A stretch of 25,578 nt of DNA from the IMG/VR virus record IMGVR_UViG_3300031820_000017, positions 1 through 25,578 of that record; one strand, 5' to 3'. Shown piece after piece: positions 24,216-25,578 of the stretch; within the stretch, counting starts at the first letter, position 1, and each line of letters opens with the position of its first letter. The stretch is from a virus (Duplodnaviria > Caudoviricetes). The notes below the pieces were generated by a model, which ran no database searches, was not told the DNA's origin, and saw only the letters and a list, made by a program, of their open reading frames with translations. The translations under genes were made by a program, and so were the position numbers.

Positions 24216-24478
24216 TCGGGCGCAGGGATTTCCTAACCGGCCTCGCCGCGGCTATCACCGGGCCGTACATCGCCAGATCGGGCATCCTCATGCCTGTCCG
24301 AGCGATTATCAAGCCCCGGCCCTACTCGATCACTGAGGTATCGATGGACGGGGAGAACTGGGTTGCGCTGGCTTTCCTCAACATCAAAGCCGGCCGCGAG
24401 CCGCATTACATGCTCAAGGAGCAGGCGGCGGCGTTCCCATATCAGCGGGTGGTCTTCGCCAGGGGATGGACGGCATGA
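24212..24478 (+). CDS. Protein with twin-arginine (Tat-like) N-terminus (88 aa)
   Basis: MIGRRDFLTGLAAAITGPYIARSGILMPV; RBS GGAGG. Confidence 0.7.
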   Translation: MIGRRDFLTGLAAAITGPYIARSGILMPVRAIIKPRPYSITEVSMDGENWVALAFLNIKAGREPHYMLKEQAAAFPYQRVVFARGWTA

Positions 24479-24717
24479 GCAAGCTCAGAGATATTTGGCT
24501 AGTTATCACAGGAGAGCTATCCACCGCCCGCTGTGCCCACCTGTACGACCGAGTCGTAGCCAATGGCCGTGGATGGGCCAAAGCCAACGAGCGCGTGGCT
24601 CAGCTAGAGGCGCTCCACAACCCAACATTCGCTGCGGTGTGGGCCATTGAGAAGATGCAACTGTCGGGTCGAATCGAGTGGCTCGAAGCTAGACTAAGGG
24701 AGGTTAACAATCCATGA
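24475..24717 (+). CDS. Hypothetical protein (80 aa)
   Basis: ATGA-coupled chain. Confidence 0.6.
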   Translation: MSKLRDIWLVITGELSTARCAHLYDRVVANGRGWAKANERVAQLEALHNPTFAAVWAIEKMQLSGRIEWLEARLREVNNP

Positions 24718-24914
24718 GCCTCCCCACCCGCGGCGAGACCTTCGCCAAGCTAATCGAACACATCCGCAAGGCCCAGGAAGAAGCCGCCACCATGGCCCAC
24801 CTCGTCCGTGACGAGGACCGCCTCGTGGCCCAAGGCTGGCTGGCGATGTCGGAGATGTTTAAGAAAGTCGCCCATCAGGTGACGATGCTGGCAACTAAAG
24901 GGAGGTTGCATTGA
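24714..24914 (+). CDS. Small helical hypothetical protein (66 aa)
   Basis: RBS GGAGG; coupled. Confidence 0.7.
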   Translation: MSLPTRGETFAKLIEHIRKAQEEAATMAHLVRDEDRLVAQGWLAMSEMFKKVAHQVTMLATKGRLH

Positions 24915-25129
24915 TCAAAGAAGAACGCGTAGAGGCACTCGCCGCGCTCAATCAGTGGATGGAATCACAAGACATTCCCCGCGCAGACTGGGGTCCGTTC
25001 TTTGCCGTGGCAGCAGGGGTTGAGATCGACCAAAGCTGTAAGAGGCTCAACGCCGGCAAGGAATGGGCAATGACGGGACACCGCATCCTAAGTGCCATGA
25101 TGGCAACGCAAGTGGAGGCGCTGAAATGA
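24911..25129 (+). CDS. Hypothetical protein (72 aa), paralog of the next ORF
   Basis: TTGA-coupled start, RBS GGAGG; WMESQDI motif. Confidence 0.65.
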   Translation: MIKEERVEALAALNQWMESQDIPRADWGPFFAVAAGVEIDQSCKRLNAGKEWAMTGHRILSAMMATQVEALK

Positions 25130-25356
25130 CCAAAGAAGAAGCAGTCGATGCCATGAATGCCTTGGTCGGTTGGTTCGAATCCCAGGAAATCTCGCCGAAA
25201 GAAGCCACGCTTCTGATGGTTGCACTGATAGCAGCGATGATGACCCAAAGGACAAAGGAGTCAACCGAACTGAAAGAAGGAATAACCCGTATCACCAACC
25301 TGCTCACAATGCAGATCGCGGTCAATCTCGAAGGAGCCCCCAATGGCAACGGGTGA
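25126..25356 (+). CDS. Hypothetical protein (76 aa), paralog of the previous ORF
   Basis: ATGA start at 25126, RBS GGAGG; WFESQEI motif. Confidence 0.65.
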   Translation: MTKEEAVDAMNALVGWFESQEISPKEATLLMVALIAAMMTQRTKESTELKEGITRITNLLTMQIAVNLEGAPNGNG

Positions 25357-25578
25357 TATCGACGACATCCTCGCCTCGGCGGCTGGCCTAGCCCTGCTCC
25401 GTCAGCACAACCCCGAGCTCGATGCCTACCTCACTGAGGCTTACCACTTCACCCCCATCCGCACCTTCTTCATCCCCTACGGCGCAGGAATTTCCTCCAA
25501 TGGCCAACGAGTCTACATCTCCTACGACCTCCAAACCCCACTCGACGGGGTCGAGTGCGCTAATGCTCTGGTACGCCA
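25343..25578 (+). CDS. Hypothetical protein, N-terminal part; runs off the window
   Basis: RBS AAGGAG; open to the window end: MATGDIDDILASAAG...IPYGAGISSNGQRVYIS...NALVR. Confidence 0.65.
   Translation, partial: MATGDIDDILASAAGLALLRQHNPELDAYLTEAYHFTPIRTFFIPYGAGISSNGQRVYISYDLQTPLDGVECANALVR

Noticed and set aside
25343-25578. Metallopeptidase call for the last ORF
   Set aside because: The window ends before any HExxH/HExxE motif can be read.

Overview
A GC-rich segment of a tailed dsDNA phage genome with podovirus-type (BPP-1/APSE/T7-like) head and tail genes. The host is probably an alphaproteobacterium (inference). The left two-thirds (1-16478, minus strand) is a tightly coupled morphogenesis operon: small and large terminase, portal, scaffold, major capsid, decoration/cement, fibres, tail adaptor and tail tubular protein B. 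A divergent control region (about 16480-17700) is followed by about 30 short plus-strand early/accessory ORFs. Main observations: (1) five fibre/decoration-like genes inside the virion operon carry Sec signal peptides, all predicted to expose an N-terminal Gln and all with an even number of mature-chain Cys, suggesting periplasm-folded, disulfide-bonded virion parts; (2) adjacent Tad2/DUF2829-like and Acb2/Tad1-like immune-signal sponge genes sit in a cluster of tiny ORFs between the tail fibre and adaptor genes; (3) a ~185-bp imperfect palindrome surrounds an A6T11 core; (4) TGAGACAG occurs six times on one strand of the early region; (5) smaller signals include a structured leader, a mini-paralog of a Lys/Ala-rich protein, a twin-arginine protein and membrane micropeptides. 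All family calls come from motif recognition by eye; no searches were run.
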